A DNA stretch of 64,000 nucleotides from a virus (Duplodnaviria; Heunggongvirae; Uroviricota; Caudoviricetes): the IMG/VR virus record IMGVR_UViG_2609460125_000009; one strand, written 5' to 3'. Position 1 is the stretch's first letter. Every line of letters starts with the position of its first letter. Of this stretch, positions 26,589-36,600 are shown in pieces. The position numbers and the translations under genes were made by a program. The notes beneath the pieces were generated by a model, which was given only the letters and a program-made list of their open reading frames with translations, was not told the DNA's origin and searched no databases.

Positions 26589-29500
26589 ATGTCACAAAAC
26601 GTAGAGTTTATCCTGTCGCTGGAAGACAAACAGTTTACAGCGTCAATCGATCGTGCGGGGAAACTGCTTACTCGATTTGGTGAGCAGGTAACAAAGCCTG
26701 CTCAAAAAATCCAAACCTTTGAACGCTCTTTGGGTTCGGTCGCCCGTATCATTGGCGTTCTGGAAAGCAAGCTCGATTCTACGGCAGATAAACTACAGGA
26801 TGTAGCTGCCGGTTTTGAGCTTGCTTCAGATGCTACGCGTAAAATGCGTGGCAACATCACCAGCCTCAATTCTGGTCTTAAAGCCCTGATTGAGCGCGTC
26901 GATACGACAACTTCTTCAGTAGATAAACTCACCGCGTCATTACGTAAAGTGCAATCAGAGCTAAATGATTTCTCTGATTGGGCGACCTATGCAAGCAAAA
27001 GCGCAAGCCGCTTTGGTACGGAGGTCAAAGAAGCCTCTGCGTCCGTGAGTGGCATGAATACGCGCCTTAATACCACGACGAAGCGACTCAGTAATTGGGG
27101 TGTCACAACGAGTCAGGCTGCCGAGGGACTGAAAAAGGTTCGTGAGCAGATGGACGAAGTTATCGGACGTCAGCAACTGATTAGCAAGCCGGTACGCGTT
27201 CGTACATCTGGAAGTGGCGATGGTGGTAGCGGGCGGCGTAGCGGCGCTTCTGGCCATAGCGGTAAAAGTAACGAAGGAGGTATGTTCTCTGGCCTTCGTG
27301 GCAACATTTTCCTGCTTGGCGAGATCGGAGATGCAGCCAGAACGGTTACTGACATCATGTTTGGGTGGCAGAAGCCTATTGTTGAAGCTGCGGCCGAAAT
27401 GGAACGTATGCGGGTGATGCTTCGAGGGTTGAATAAGGAGAAGTCCAACCCGGGCCAGGCTGCCGCTGATGATATGAAGTACATCGTAGACATGGCTCAA
27501 AATGCGCCGTTCGCGATGCAGGCGTTAACAGACTCCTTCGTGAAGTTTCGTTCTGCTGGCTTAGATCCAACCGATGGTTCTCTGAAGGCGCTGGTGGACT
27601 CCGTTGCTCGTTTTGGTGGTGATAGTGAGCTGTTGAAACGAGCGGCTGTGGCCGTTCAGCAGATGTCCGGTAAGGGCGTTGTGTCAATGGAAGAGCTACG
27701 TCAGCAATTAGGTGAAGCCGTTCCTAACGCGATGCAGGCAATGGCAGACGCCGCAGGCATCACTATGGGGGAACTGACTAAAGCCGTTGCCAGCGGTACG
27801 GTTGAGGCAAAACAGGCGTTGTCTCTGATGTTTGTTGGTCTGCGTGCGGAGAATGAGAACGCAGCGAAAGACATGATGCAAACCTACACAGGTGCGCTGG
27901 CGCAACTTCAGACGTCATTCACGTTATTTGCTGATCGGGTTGGTCAGGCCGGATATCTGGATTCTCTATCGAAGGGGATGAAAGAACTGGCTTCAATCAT
28001 GAATAGCGCCGAAGGGATTTCGTTTGCCAATTCTTTAGGCTCGGGGTTAACGACGGCAATCGATGGGTTGCGTCAGCTTGCTCAATGGTTAGCAAAGAAC
28101 CAAGAGCTGGTAATTAATCTCGGTAAGGTCGTGGCCGCGATGGTTGCGTTCAAACTGATGCGAGCAGGGATCATGGGGGTAGTTGGCGCAGGCAGCCAGA
28201 TGGTTAGCACCTTTGCCACGATGGCGACAGCCATACAGACTCCATTTAACCTCGGCGCTACAGCAGTAACCCGATTCAATCGTGCGGCACGTATGGGGCT
28301 GGCTCCGATCCCCTCTCTTATTTTCGCCATCCGTGGGGCGATTACGGGGCTTAAAGGCGCTTTTGCTGGATTAACGGCGTTCATTGCAGCAAACCCTATA
28401 GGGGCAGCATTTACAGTTGCCACTGTAGCTGTTGCTGGCCTAATCACGTACATGACCATGCTCCGCAGCGAAACTTCAAAGGTCGTTGACGAGATTAGGA
28501 AAATACCAGAGGCGATGACGGCGGCCAAACGTGCACAAATGGCCGACCGCGCAGAAAAGCTCGAAAAGCAGATTCTTGCTGATCAACGAGCATTAAAAAC
28601 TGGTGAGGGTGTTAATTACGTATCTAACTCTGCCGGTGTTATTACTCACAAAGAGTCGAAGGCTGACATCGAAGCACGCCTGAAAAAAAATCAGGAAGAG
28701 TATCAAAAGATAACCGGCACGATAGCTCTTGGTGACGGCGCTGTAGCAAAGCGTTTGGCTAAAGAGGCTGCCGAATCTCAGATTGAGAAAATTCGAGCGG
28801 AAAACCAGATTTTTGCGGCAACATTCGTGAAAGCCCGGCAGGAGGCTCTGGACAAGATCCAGAAAATCAATGATGACGGTTCACTTTCAGATGACGAAAA
28901 GAACAAGCTATTGGCACCGTTACGTGAAACGGTAAACAAAAGCTATCTGGAGCCTGCGCAAAAACTGGTTGATTCACTTTCTTCTCGTAAGAATGCCACC
29001 GAGAAGCAAATAGCGACTCTTAATGATCAGCTTGAAAAAGCCAAAAAGGATGGAAATACCGAGCAAATCCAGAAACTGCAAGGCAGTATCCGTGGTTATC
29101 AGGAGCATTTGGAAGCCGTTGCTCAGGAGCTGACTCAGGCAGAGTTCGAGAGAGATAACGCGGCCAAAACTGGTAAGGGCGTAATGTCAAACCAGGGGAC
29201 TGTTCTTGGGTTAGGTACAACTGATAAAGCCGCTCAGAAGGCGCTGGCGCAATATATGCGAAACCAGATGGATTCTGCGACTTATCAACGTACTTTGCCT
29301 GACGGCACTCCGATGATGGACTTCGAAGGTAAGCCGATTATTGGGCCTAAACAACTCAAGACGCAGCTTAATTTGCAGAAAGCATCCAGCGCCAGCTCTC
29401 TGGAGAAAATGAGCGATGAAGAGCGTGCCGCAGCCATTGCTGCACTAACTAAAGCTCGTGAACAGGATGCAGCAGCTGCCGAGAAAGCAGCCCAACGATC

Positions 29501-31142
29501 AGCTAACGCCTCGCAGCGTGCGGCCAAGAAGGAACAGGCAGCGCAACAGAAACTGGCAGCCGGATACCAGAAGGCTCTGGACAAAGCCGATCAGCTTATG
29601 GGGCAAATGGGTGAAAGCTCTAAGGCTACGGTATCGTTTGATCAGTCTCTTCGCGATACAACGAAATCGCTGACAGATTTGGCTAATGCGGTTCCTAACG
29701 AGTTCATCACTCAAGAGATGATCGACAAGGCGAAAAAACGTCTTGAAGACCTCAAAAATGCGACACCTGAATATCGCGAGATGTTTAATCGCCGCAATGT
29801 TGAGCAGATGATCTCCACTTGGGCACCGGAGGCGGATTCCATTATTAGTGCTGGCTATACGCCGTCTCGCGAAGAGAAAGTTGCTGATTTCGAAGACACC
29901 TACAACCGCAATCTCAAAGCGTTGATAGAACTTCGTGATAAGGCGTCTGATCCTAAAGTTGTGGCGCTTTATACAAAGAAAATCAATCAACTGATTGCTG
30001 CTGGCAATACCGCGCTTATTAAAGAGACGGGGACTGCGACGCAGAAGTTGGCACTGGAATACGAAAACCTGGCAGAGCAGATCGAAAGCACCTGGACTGA
30101 TTTGTTTAGTGGCTTAACTGATGTCCTGACTGATTTCGTTATTAACGGGAAGATGAGCTTCTCCAGCCTATCTCAGTCCATTTTGAAAGATATCACCAAT
30201 ATGGTCGTGAAGTCGCAGATCACGCTGCCTCTAATGAACATGTTGGGGATGGGAACCACCGCAGCTGGTAGTTCACAGAGTGGTAATTTGCTGACCGGGG
30301 TTGCTTCCGCCGTTGCCAATCAAGGGGTACGAATGGGCAACACTGTTAACGGCGACAAGTCGGTAGGAGAAGCCACGAAGGAGACGTCCAGTTCGGTAAC
30401 TGGATTGGGGCAAACAACACAGCAGACCACCAGCGCAATTGGCACTGCAACAAATGCGATTGGTAGCTGGGTATCAGGGCTATTTGATAGCACTGAAGCC
30501 AAAGATGCCGAGACAAAAGCCGTGAAGGACTCCATCTTCTCGATGCAGAACCTCAGCTCTGTTACCGGCGCGCTGTCTGCCGCGTTTGCAATGCTTGGAG
30601 CTAATGCTTCCGGCTCTGGTAATAAGTGGTTGAGTTTTGGAGCAACGGTTGCATCTGGTCTTGTTTCAGCTTGGGCTGGCGGTGGTTTCGACAGCGTGAC
30701 ATCAAGCTCTGCTAAAACCGCAACCAGCAGTGTGGCTGACGGAACTAAAGGCATTCCTGCAATCCCGAAGTTTGCAAATGGAGGAATATTCGGAAAAGAC
30801 GGCGTGATCCCGCTCCGGGCATACCAGAAAGGCGGTATTGCTAACTCGCCTCAATTAGCGTTGTTTGGGGAAGGTTCTATGAATGAGGCGTATGTTCCAT
30901 TGCCTGATGGCCGAACAATCCCTGTAACGCTCAGTACCGATGGTATGAGTGGAGGCGGAAATGTTCTTTCTCCTGTATCAATTGAGATCAACGTCCATAG
31001 TGACGGTAGCACGACAGAATCCGGCGATACAGAAAGCATATGGAACAATGCCGCTCAACGGATGAAAGCAATCGCGCTTGAGACTATCGCTCAAGAGAAA
31101 CGCCCTGGCGGATCACTCAACCCAAACACTCAACGTAACTAA
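26589..31142 (+). CDS. tail tape measure protein
   Basis: About 1500 aa, coiled-coil-rich with hydrophobic segments and a Gly-rich C-terminus; gene order. Confidence 0.85.
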   Translation: MSQNVEFILSLEDKQFTASIDRAGKLLTRFGEQVTKPAQKIQTFERSLGSVARIIGVLESKLDSTADKLQDVAAGFELASDATRKMRGNITSLNSGLKALIERVDTTTSSVDKLTASLRKVQSELNDFSDWATYASKSASRFGTEVKEASASVSGMNTRLNTTTKRLSNWGVTTSQAAEGLKKVREQMDEVIGRQQLISKPVRVRTSGSGDGGSGRRSGASGHSGKSNEGGMFSGLRGNIFLLGEIGDAARTVTDIMFGWQKPIVEAAAEMERMRVMLRGLNKEKSNPGQAAADDMKYIVDMAQNAPFAMQALTDSFVKFRSAGLDPTDGSLKALVDSVARFGGDSELLKRAAVAVQQMSGKGVVSMEELRQQLGEAVPNAMQAMADAAGITMGELTKAVASGTVEAKQALSLMFVGLRAENENAAKDMMQTYTGALAQLQTSFTLFADRVGQAGYLDSLSKGMKELASIMNSAEGISFANSLGSGLTTAIDGLRQLAQWLAKNQELVINLGKVVAAMVAFKLMRAGIMGVVGAGSQMVSTFATMATAIQTPFNLGATAVTRFNRAARMGLAPIPSLIFAIRGAITGLKGAFAGLTAFIAANPIGAAFTVATVAVAGLITYMTMLRSETSKVVDEIRKIPEAMTAAKRAQMADRAEKLEKQILADQRALKTGEGVNYVSNSAGVITHKESKADIEARLKKNQEEYQKITGTIALGDGAVAKRLAKEAAESQIEKIRAENQIFAATFVKARQEALDKIQKINDDGSLSDDEKNKLLAPLRETVNKSYLEPAQKLVDSLSSRKNATEKQIATLNDQLEKAKKDGNTEQIQKLQGSIRGYQEHLEAVAQELTQAEFERDNAAKTGKGVMSNQGTVLGLGTTDKAAQKALAQYMRNQMDSATYQRTLPDGTPMMDFEGKPIIGPKQLKTQLNLQKASSASSLEKMSDEERAAAIAALTKAREQDAAAAEKAAQRSANASQRAAKKEQAAQQKLAAGYQKALDKADQLMGQMGESSKATVSFDQSLRDTTKSLTDLANAVPNEFITQEMIDKAKKRLEDLKNATPEYREMFNRRNVEQMISTWAPEADSIISAGYTPSREEKVADFEDTYNRNLKALIELRDKASDPKVVALYTKKINQLIAAGNTALIKETGTATQKLALEYENLAEQIESTWTDLFSGLTDVLTDFVINGKMSFSSLSQSILKDITNMVVKSQITLPLMNMLGMGTTAAGSSQSGNLLTGVASAVANQGVRMGNTVNGDKSVGEATKETSSSVTGLGQTTQQTTSAIGTATNAIGSWVSGLFDSTEAKDAETKAVKDSIFSMQNLSSVTGALSAAFAMLGANASGSGNKWLSFGATVASGLVSAWAGGGFDSVTSSSAKTATSSVADGTKGIPAIPKFANGGIFGKDGVIPLRAYQKGGIANSPQLALFGEGSMNEAYVPLPDGRTIPVTLSTDGMSGGGNVLSPVSIEINVHSDGSTTESGDTESIWNNAAQRMKAIALETIAQEKRPGGSLNPNTQRN

Positions 31143-31184
31143 CTATCGACTGCCCCGACCGGGGCAGTCTCACAAGGATGTGAG

Positions 31185-31520
31185 ATGGAAAGACAAACGT
31201 TTAATTGGTATCCAGATTACGAATCTGAAAAAAGCGTAAAACCGAATGTAACGGTACTTAATTTTGGTGATGACTACGAGCAGCGACAGGCTCAAGGTCT
31301 TAATCGTATTAAAGAAGAATGGTCGTTAACCTTTACCAGATCATACAACGAAATTAATGCAATCGATGACTTCCTGACTGAGCGATCAGGCGTTGAATCG
31401 TTCTATTGGGTTAATCCAAGAGGCAAGCAGATTGTAGTTGTATGTGACAGTCATACGGTCAAGCGATATCAGGGGTACTGTGTCTTAACTGCTACATTCA
31501 GACAAGTATTTGAGGCTTAA
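31185..31520 (+). CDS. minor tail protein (lambda M-like)
   Basis: Size and position; recalled similarity pattern to lambda M. Confidence 0.65.
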   Translation: MERQTFNWYPDYESEKSVKPNVTVLNFGDDYEQRQAQGLNRIKEEWSLTFTRSYNEINAIDDFLTERSGVESFYWVNPRGKQIVVVCDSHTVKRYQGYCVLTATFRQVFEA

Positions 31521-31602
31521 GCATCTGGATAAGTAAGTACTAATTTACTATCATTGTGGCGCTGACAGGATGTTAGCGCCTACTTATTTCAAGGATGAAA
31601 CA

Positions 31603-32301
31603 ATGGGAATTAAAGCTGATATTCAGAGCTTATCTCCCTCTGCACTCATTGAGTTGTTCGTATTGGATATGTCGAACACAACTTCAGGGGGGAAGCTATT
31701 CTTCCACGCCGGAACAAACGAACTGATGCAACCGGTCGTCTGGCAAGGAGTGACATACGAGCCGTGGCCAATCAAAGCATCAGGCTTTGACAAAACTGGC
31801 CAGGGAACGTTGCCACGTCCAAAAATTCAGGTATCGAACTTTGCCGGAACCGTCTCTGCGGAAGTTCAGGCGAACGACGATCTTGTTGGCTGCCGCATTA
31901 TTCGCAAGATGACGCTGGCTCGCTTCCTCGATGCCGTTAATTTTAAAGACGGCAACCCAACAGCAGATCCAAACCAACATTTCCCGGATGAAATGTGGTT
32001 TATCGAACAGAAAACTCTCGAAACTCGTCAGGTTGTCGAGTTTGAATTGTCCAGTGTGTTCGATTTGATGGGGGTGCAACTGCCGTATCGTCAGATCATT
32101 AAAAACACCTGCCCGTGGAAATACCGAGGGCCAGAATGCGGCTATACCGGTCCATATTTCGACAAAAATAACCAGCAGACGTCTATGTCTGGTGCGGATT
32201 ACTGCACAAAACGTTATGACGCCTGTAATGCGCGTCGGAATTATTTTGCCGACGGTGTGATCCATTTTGGCGGATTTATTGGAGCTACGCGGTATGGGTA
32301 A
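31603..32301 (+). CDS. minor tail protein (lambda L-like)
   Basis: Cys cluster (…CPWKYRGPECGY…C…C) as in L-type tail tip proteins. Confidence 0.7.
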   Translation: MGIKADIQSLSPSALIELFVLDMSNTTSGGKLFFHAGTNELMQPVVWQGVTYEPWPIKASGFDKTGQGTLPRPKIQVSNFAGTVSAEVQANDDLVGCRIIRKMTLARFLDAVNFKDGNPTADPNQHFPDEMWFIEQKTLETRQVVEFELSSVFDLMGVQLPYRQIIKNTCPWKYRGPECGYTGPYFDKNNQQTSMSGADYCTKRYDACNARRNYFADGVIHFGGFIGATRYG

Positions 32302-33091
32302 TAAAGCAATCCCTGAGCTTGGCTCTGACGTTATGCAGCAAATCTATCTCTGCGCCATAAATCGCTACCCTAATGAAGCGTGTGGCTTTCTGGTTAGAAC
32401 TAATGGCGACAAATATCGCTTTATGGAAGCGCGGAATGTTTCGGAGAACCCGCAGAACACTTTTGTAATGCACGTTGACGACATTATGGCGGCAGAGGAT
32501 GCGGGTGATGTTATCGCAATCTGGCATTCACATACTGATGAATCAGCAGAAGCATCTGATGCCGATCGTGCAGGCTGCGAAGCGACGGAAGTTCCGTGGA
32601 TGATTCTGGCTATTCGCAAGAATGTTGAGGGAGATGCCCCTTTCCATTTTAGCGAGATGAATGTGATCACACCTGATGGTTTCGAAATGCCATACCTGGG
32701 CAGACCGTATGTATTTGGCGTATTCGATTGCTGGATGTTGTGTCGGGACTATTTGAAGCGTGAGTTTAACGTCGAACTAAACCCGAACGCACACCTGCAT
32801 ATTCCATCGTGGTACACCGGCGATAACGACATTCTCGATCAGAACTACCGTAACGAGGGATTGGTGCGTCTTGCGCCCGGAACAGAGCCTCAACGTGGGG
32901 ACATCTTCTTTATCCAATACGGGAAAATGCCTGACCACTGCGCGGTTTATATCGGCGATGGAATGATTCTTCATCACCAGATCGACCGCCTAAGTTGTCG
33001 TGCTTATTACGGCGGGATGTATCAGAAACATACGACGCATCACTTGCGTCACAGAGACTTGCTCAAGGGAGATGAGACGTGTCTGAGTTAG
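32294..33091 (+). CDS. tail assembly protein (lambda K-like; MPN/JAB + NlpC/P60-like)
   Basis: JAMM-like H-x-H motif (AIWHSHTDE); C-terminal Cys/His region; start overlaps the L stop. Confidence 0.7.
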   Translation: MGNKAIPELGSDVMQQIYLCAINRYPNEACGFLVRTNGDKYRFMEARNVSENPQNTFVMHVDDIMAAEDAGDVIAIWHSHTDESAEASDADRAGCEATEVPWMILAIRKNVEGDAPFHFSEMNVITPDGFEMPYLGRPYVFGVFDCWMLCRDYLKREFNVELNPNAHLHIPSWYTGDNDILDQNYRNEGLVRLAPGTEPQRGDIFFIQYGKMPDHCAVYIGDGMILHHQIDRLSCRAYYGGMYQKHTTHHLRHRDLLKGDETCLS

Positions 33092-33669
33092 TTCATGTGC
33101 AGCTTGGCGGCCCTATGGCCAAACATTTTGGCCGCCACTGGCATCTAAAGGTGCGTAATACAAAACAGGCTCTGGATTTAATTGAGGCCAACAAGCCTGG
33201 GTTTAAAGCATGGATGAAGCGCAATATCAAAACCTATGACAGATACCACATCCAGATCACCAATAAACAGGGCCACAAGTGGTCTGTGGACGAGAGTGAA
33301 TATCAGATGATGGGGCAGTCTGACAATATTGCAAAAATCCGCATTACCCCTGTTCCGCGAGGAAGTGGTGGATCTGCTTTTGGATGGTTTCAGACGGTTG
33401 TTGGAGCAGTATTAATGGTTGCCTCGATATGGGTGCCCGCTCTTGCGCCTCTCGGTTTGTCACTGATGATGGGCGGTATAGCACAAATCATATCTCCGCA
33501 AGCCACTAACGAAAGTGTGAGGCAGGCGGATAACTCGAACTCTTATTACTTTGATGGACCTCAAAACACAACAAACCAGGGGAACCCTGTACAGCTTATC
33601 TATGGCGAGGAAATTTTAGTTGGCTCACAGGTCGTGAGTTCTTCTATCACCATCGACCAGCTTATGTAA
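33079..33669 (+). CDS. tail assembly protein (lambda I-like)
   Basis: Position; C-terminal hydrophobic segment. Confidence 0.65.
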   Translation: MSELVHVQLGGPMAKHFGRHWHLKVRNTKQALDLIEANKPGFKAWMKRNIKTYDRYHIQITNKQGHKWSVDESEYQMMGQSDNIAKIRITPVPRGSGGSAFGWFQTVVGAVLMVASIWVPALAPLGLSLMMGGIAQIISPQATNESVRQADNSNSYYFDGPQNTTNQGNPVQLIYGEEILVGSQVVSSSITIDQLM

Positions 33670-33680
33670 TCAAGGATTTT

Positions 33681-36600
33681 TTGGACATGGAACAGTTCAA
33701 GAAGAAAAAATTACCGCTTCTTATTGCCGGTGCTGGTGGCAAGAAAAGTAAAAGCTCCAGCCGTACCCCGGTTGAAGCTGATGATACTGTCAATTCTCGT
33801 GCTATGGCAGCCATCCTCGACCTTCTTGGCGAGGGGGTTATCGGTGGCCTGGTAAATGGCGCAAAGTCGATCTTCATCGACGATTTACCGATCTTGAATG
33901 AAGATGGCTCTTCCAACTTCAGCGGTATTACATGGGATTTTCGTGACGGCTCACAAGATCAGACGCCAATGGCTGGTTTTGATTTTGTCGAAACGCCTAA
34001 GTCCGTAAATATTCAGCTTAAAAAAACACACGACGTTACGGTTTCAATCGATAACGATGAAGCTGATCGCGTTCGTGTCATCATGAAATTCCCCTCTTTA
34101 CGTAGCGTTGATAAAAGCTCTGGCGATACAAATGGCACTACGGTGAAGTACAAATTCCAGATCGCCAACGCAGACGCAACATTTTCTGATGTAGTGGCAG
34201 AAGGTGAGAAAAGCGTTGATATCACGCTAACGGCAAAGAAAACCGGCGTGTATTACCGTAGCTATGAGCTGAAACTGCCTAAGCCTGGTCGTGCATACAA
34301 GGTTAGGGTGATTCGTCTTACAGATGATAATAGTAGCCAGTACCTCTACAACGACACATGGGTTGATTCCATCGGTGAGATTGTCGACACGCCAATGAAC
34401 TACCCTAACTCTGCTCTTGTTGGCTTGAAGGTCAATTCAGAGCAGTTTGGTAGCACAATGCCTTCCCGTTCGTATTTGGTGCGCGGTATCAAAATCCGAG
34501 TACCGTCAAACTACAACGAATACACCAATACTTATGTCGGCGTATGGGACGGTACTTTTAAGCTGTTGTCTTCTTCAAACCCTGCGTGGATTCTCTACGA
34601 TTTGCTTACCAATACTCGGTATGGTCTTGGGCAATTTGTGTCGGAATCCATGATTGACCTCGGCCAGCTCTACCAGATTGGTCGATATTGTGACGAAGAG
34701 GTCGATGATGGCTTTGGGGGTAAAGAGAAACGCTTTGCAATCAATACGCAGATCACCAGTCGACAAGACGCATACCGATTAATTCAGGATATTGCCGGTG
34801 CATTCCGCGGCATGGTGTTTTGGGCTGGTGGCATGGTTAACATCATGCAGGATAGCCCATCAGATCCGGTAATGATGTTTACCAACTCCAACGTCAAAGA
34901 TGGACTGTTTACCTATAAAGGTTCTGCGCGTAAAGATCGCCCATCCGTTGCGCTCGTAACCTACAACAACAAGGAGGACGGTTATAAGCAAAACATCGAA
35001 TACGTTGAAGATCAGGACGCAATGCGCCGTTATGGTGAGCGTAAAACAGAAGTCGTAGCATTTGGATGTACAAGCCGAGGCCAGGCTCACCGAGTTGGTT
35101 TGTGGCTTTTGTATACCGCCAGAATGGAGTCGGATGTAATTACATTTACTGCCGGCTTAGACGCCTCATTTCTGATGCCTGGTGAAACCGTTCTGATTCA
35201 GAACAAATATCGTGCAGGTAAACGTAACTCCGGTCGAATTGTGGAGTTTACCAAAAACAGCATCACTCTCGATGCGCCTGTGTCGTTAGCTAAAAGTGGC
35301 AGCTTTATTCGGATATTGAATCAGGAAGGCAAAATCGTTGAACGCGATGTTCTTGAAACTGGCGAAAACATAACAAAGGTTACGTTTTCAAAAGCCCTGT
35401 CGTCAGCGGAAACGCCTGTTTTGAACGGTGTCTGGACAATTACAGAACCAGATCTCGAACCTATGCGCGTTCGCATCGTTAACATCGCGCAGGGGGAAAC
35501 GCCGGGTAGCTTTGACATCACCGCTGTTGAGAACAATCCGTCTAAATATGAGGCAATCGACAATGGCGCAACGCTGATCCCGCAGAATACGACGGTATTG
35601 GACCCAACTTACTCCAAGCCATCTAATCTGCAAATCACTGAAGGGACTTATCTCTCAAGCCCGGGCAACCTGTCAGTAAAACTGACTGCAACATGGGAAG
35701 GAAAATCTCCAGAGTATTGGATCAGTTGGCGACGTTCTGATGAAAACAATGTATCGAACTGGCAATCGGCGCGTGTAACCGAAGAGCAATACGAAATCGT
35801 TAATGTCGCGGAGAATGGACACTACGACTTCCAACTGTATGCGGTTTCATTCAACGGTAAAAAAACAGAGATTATCAGTACCGTTTATCAGGTGTTGGGC
35901 ACAATGACACCGCCGGATGCCCCAACGTCATTAACGGCCGTTGGAGACTATCGTAATGTGATACTGAATTGGGTTAATCCAGATTCGGTAGACCTTGATC
36001 ACATTAATGTTTACGCATCCCAGACCAACAATCTGGATACGGCGAAACTGATCGCAGAGTCTGCAAGCACCACCTTTACACATGCTGGTCTTGGGGATAG
36101 CGAAACGTGGTATTACTGGGTTCGAGCATCGAACAAGCGAGGTATGTTAAGCCCTCCGAACTCAAACTTGGGTACAGAGGCGACAACTCGCGATGTACTG
36201 TCGTTCCTGGCTGGCAAAATTACATCTTCCGAGCTTGGTCAGGCTCTGCTTGAGGACATCAACAGCAAAGCCTCTCAAGAAGCAGTTGACGAGTTAAATG
36301 AGCATATCAACCAGAGCGTCGAATCTTTGGAGGGGGCGGTAAACGACGTTAAGGAAGATATAGCTGAATTAGATAAGCAGTTCAGCGATAACCTCGCGGA
36401 TTTTGAAATAAAATTCAACGAGCGTAGCGATGCTTTGGAGAGCGCGCAAACCGAGCTTAAAGGTGAGGTTTCGGCAACGATCGACAAGGTCAATGAAGCG
36501 TTTGAAAAAATTGATGCTACTGATGCTGCAATTGTTGAAATCGAAAACACCGTATCTGAACACGATAAAGCTCTCGCTAATACAGTCGAGGCAATAAAGG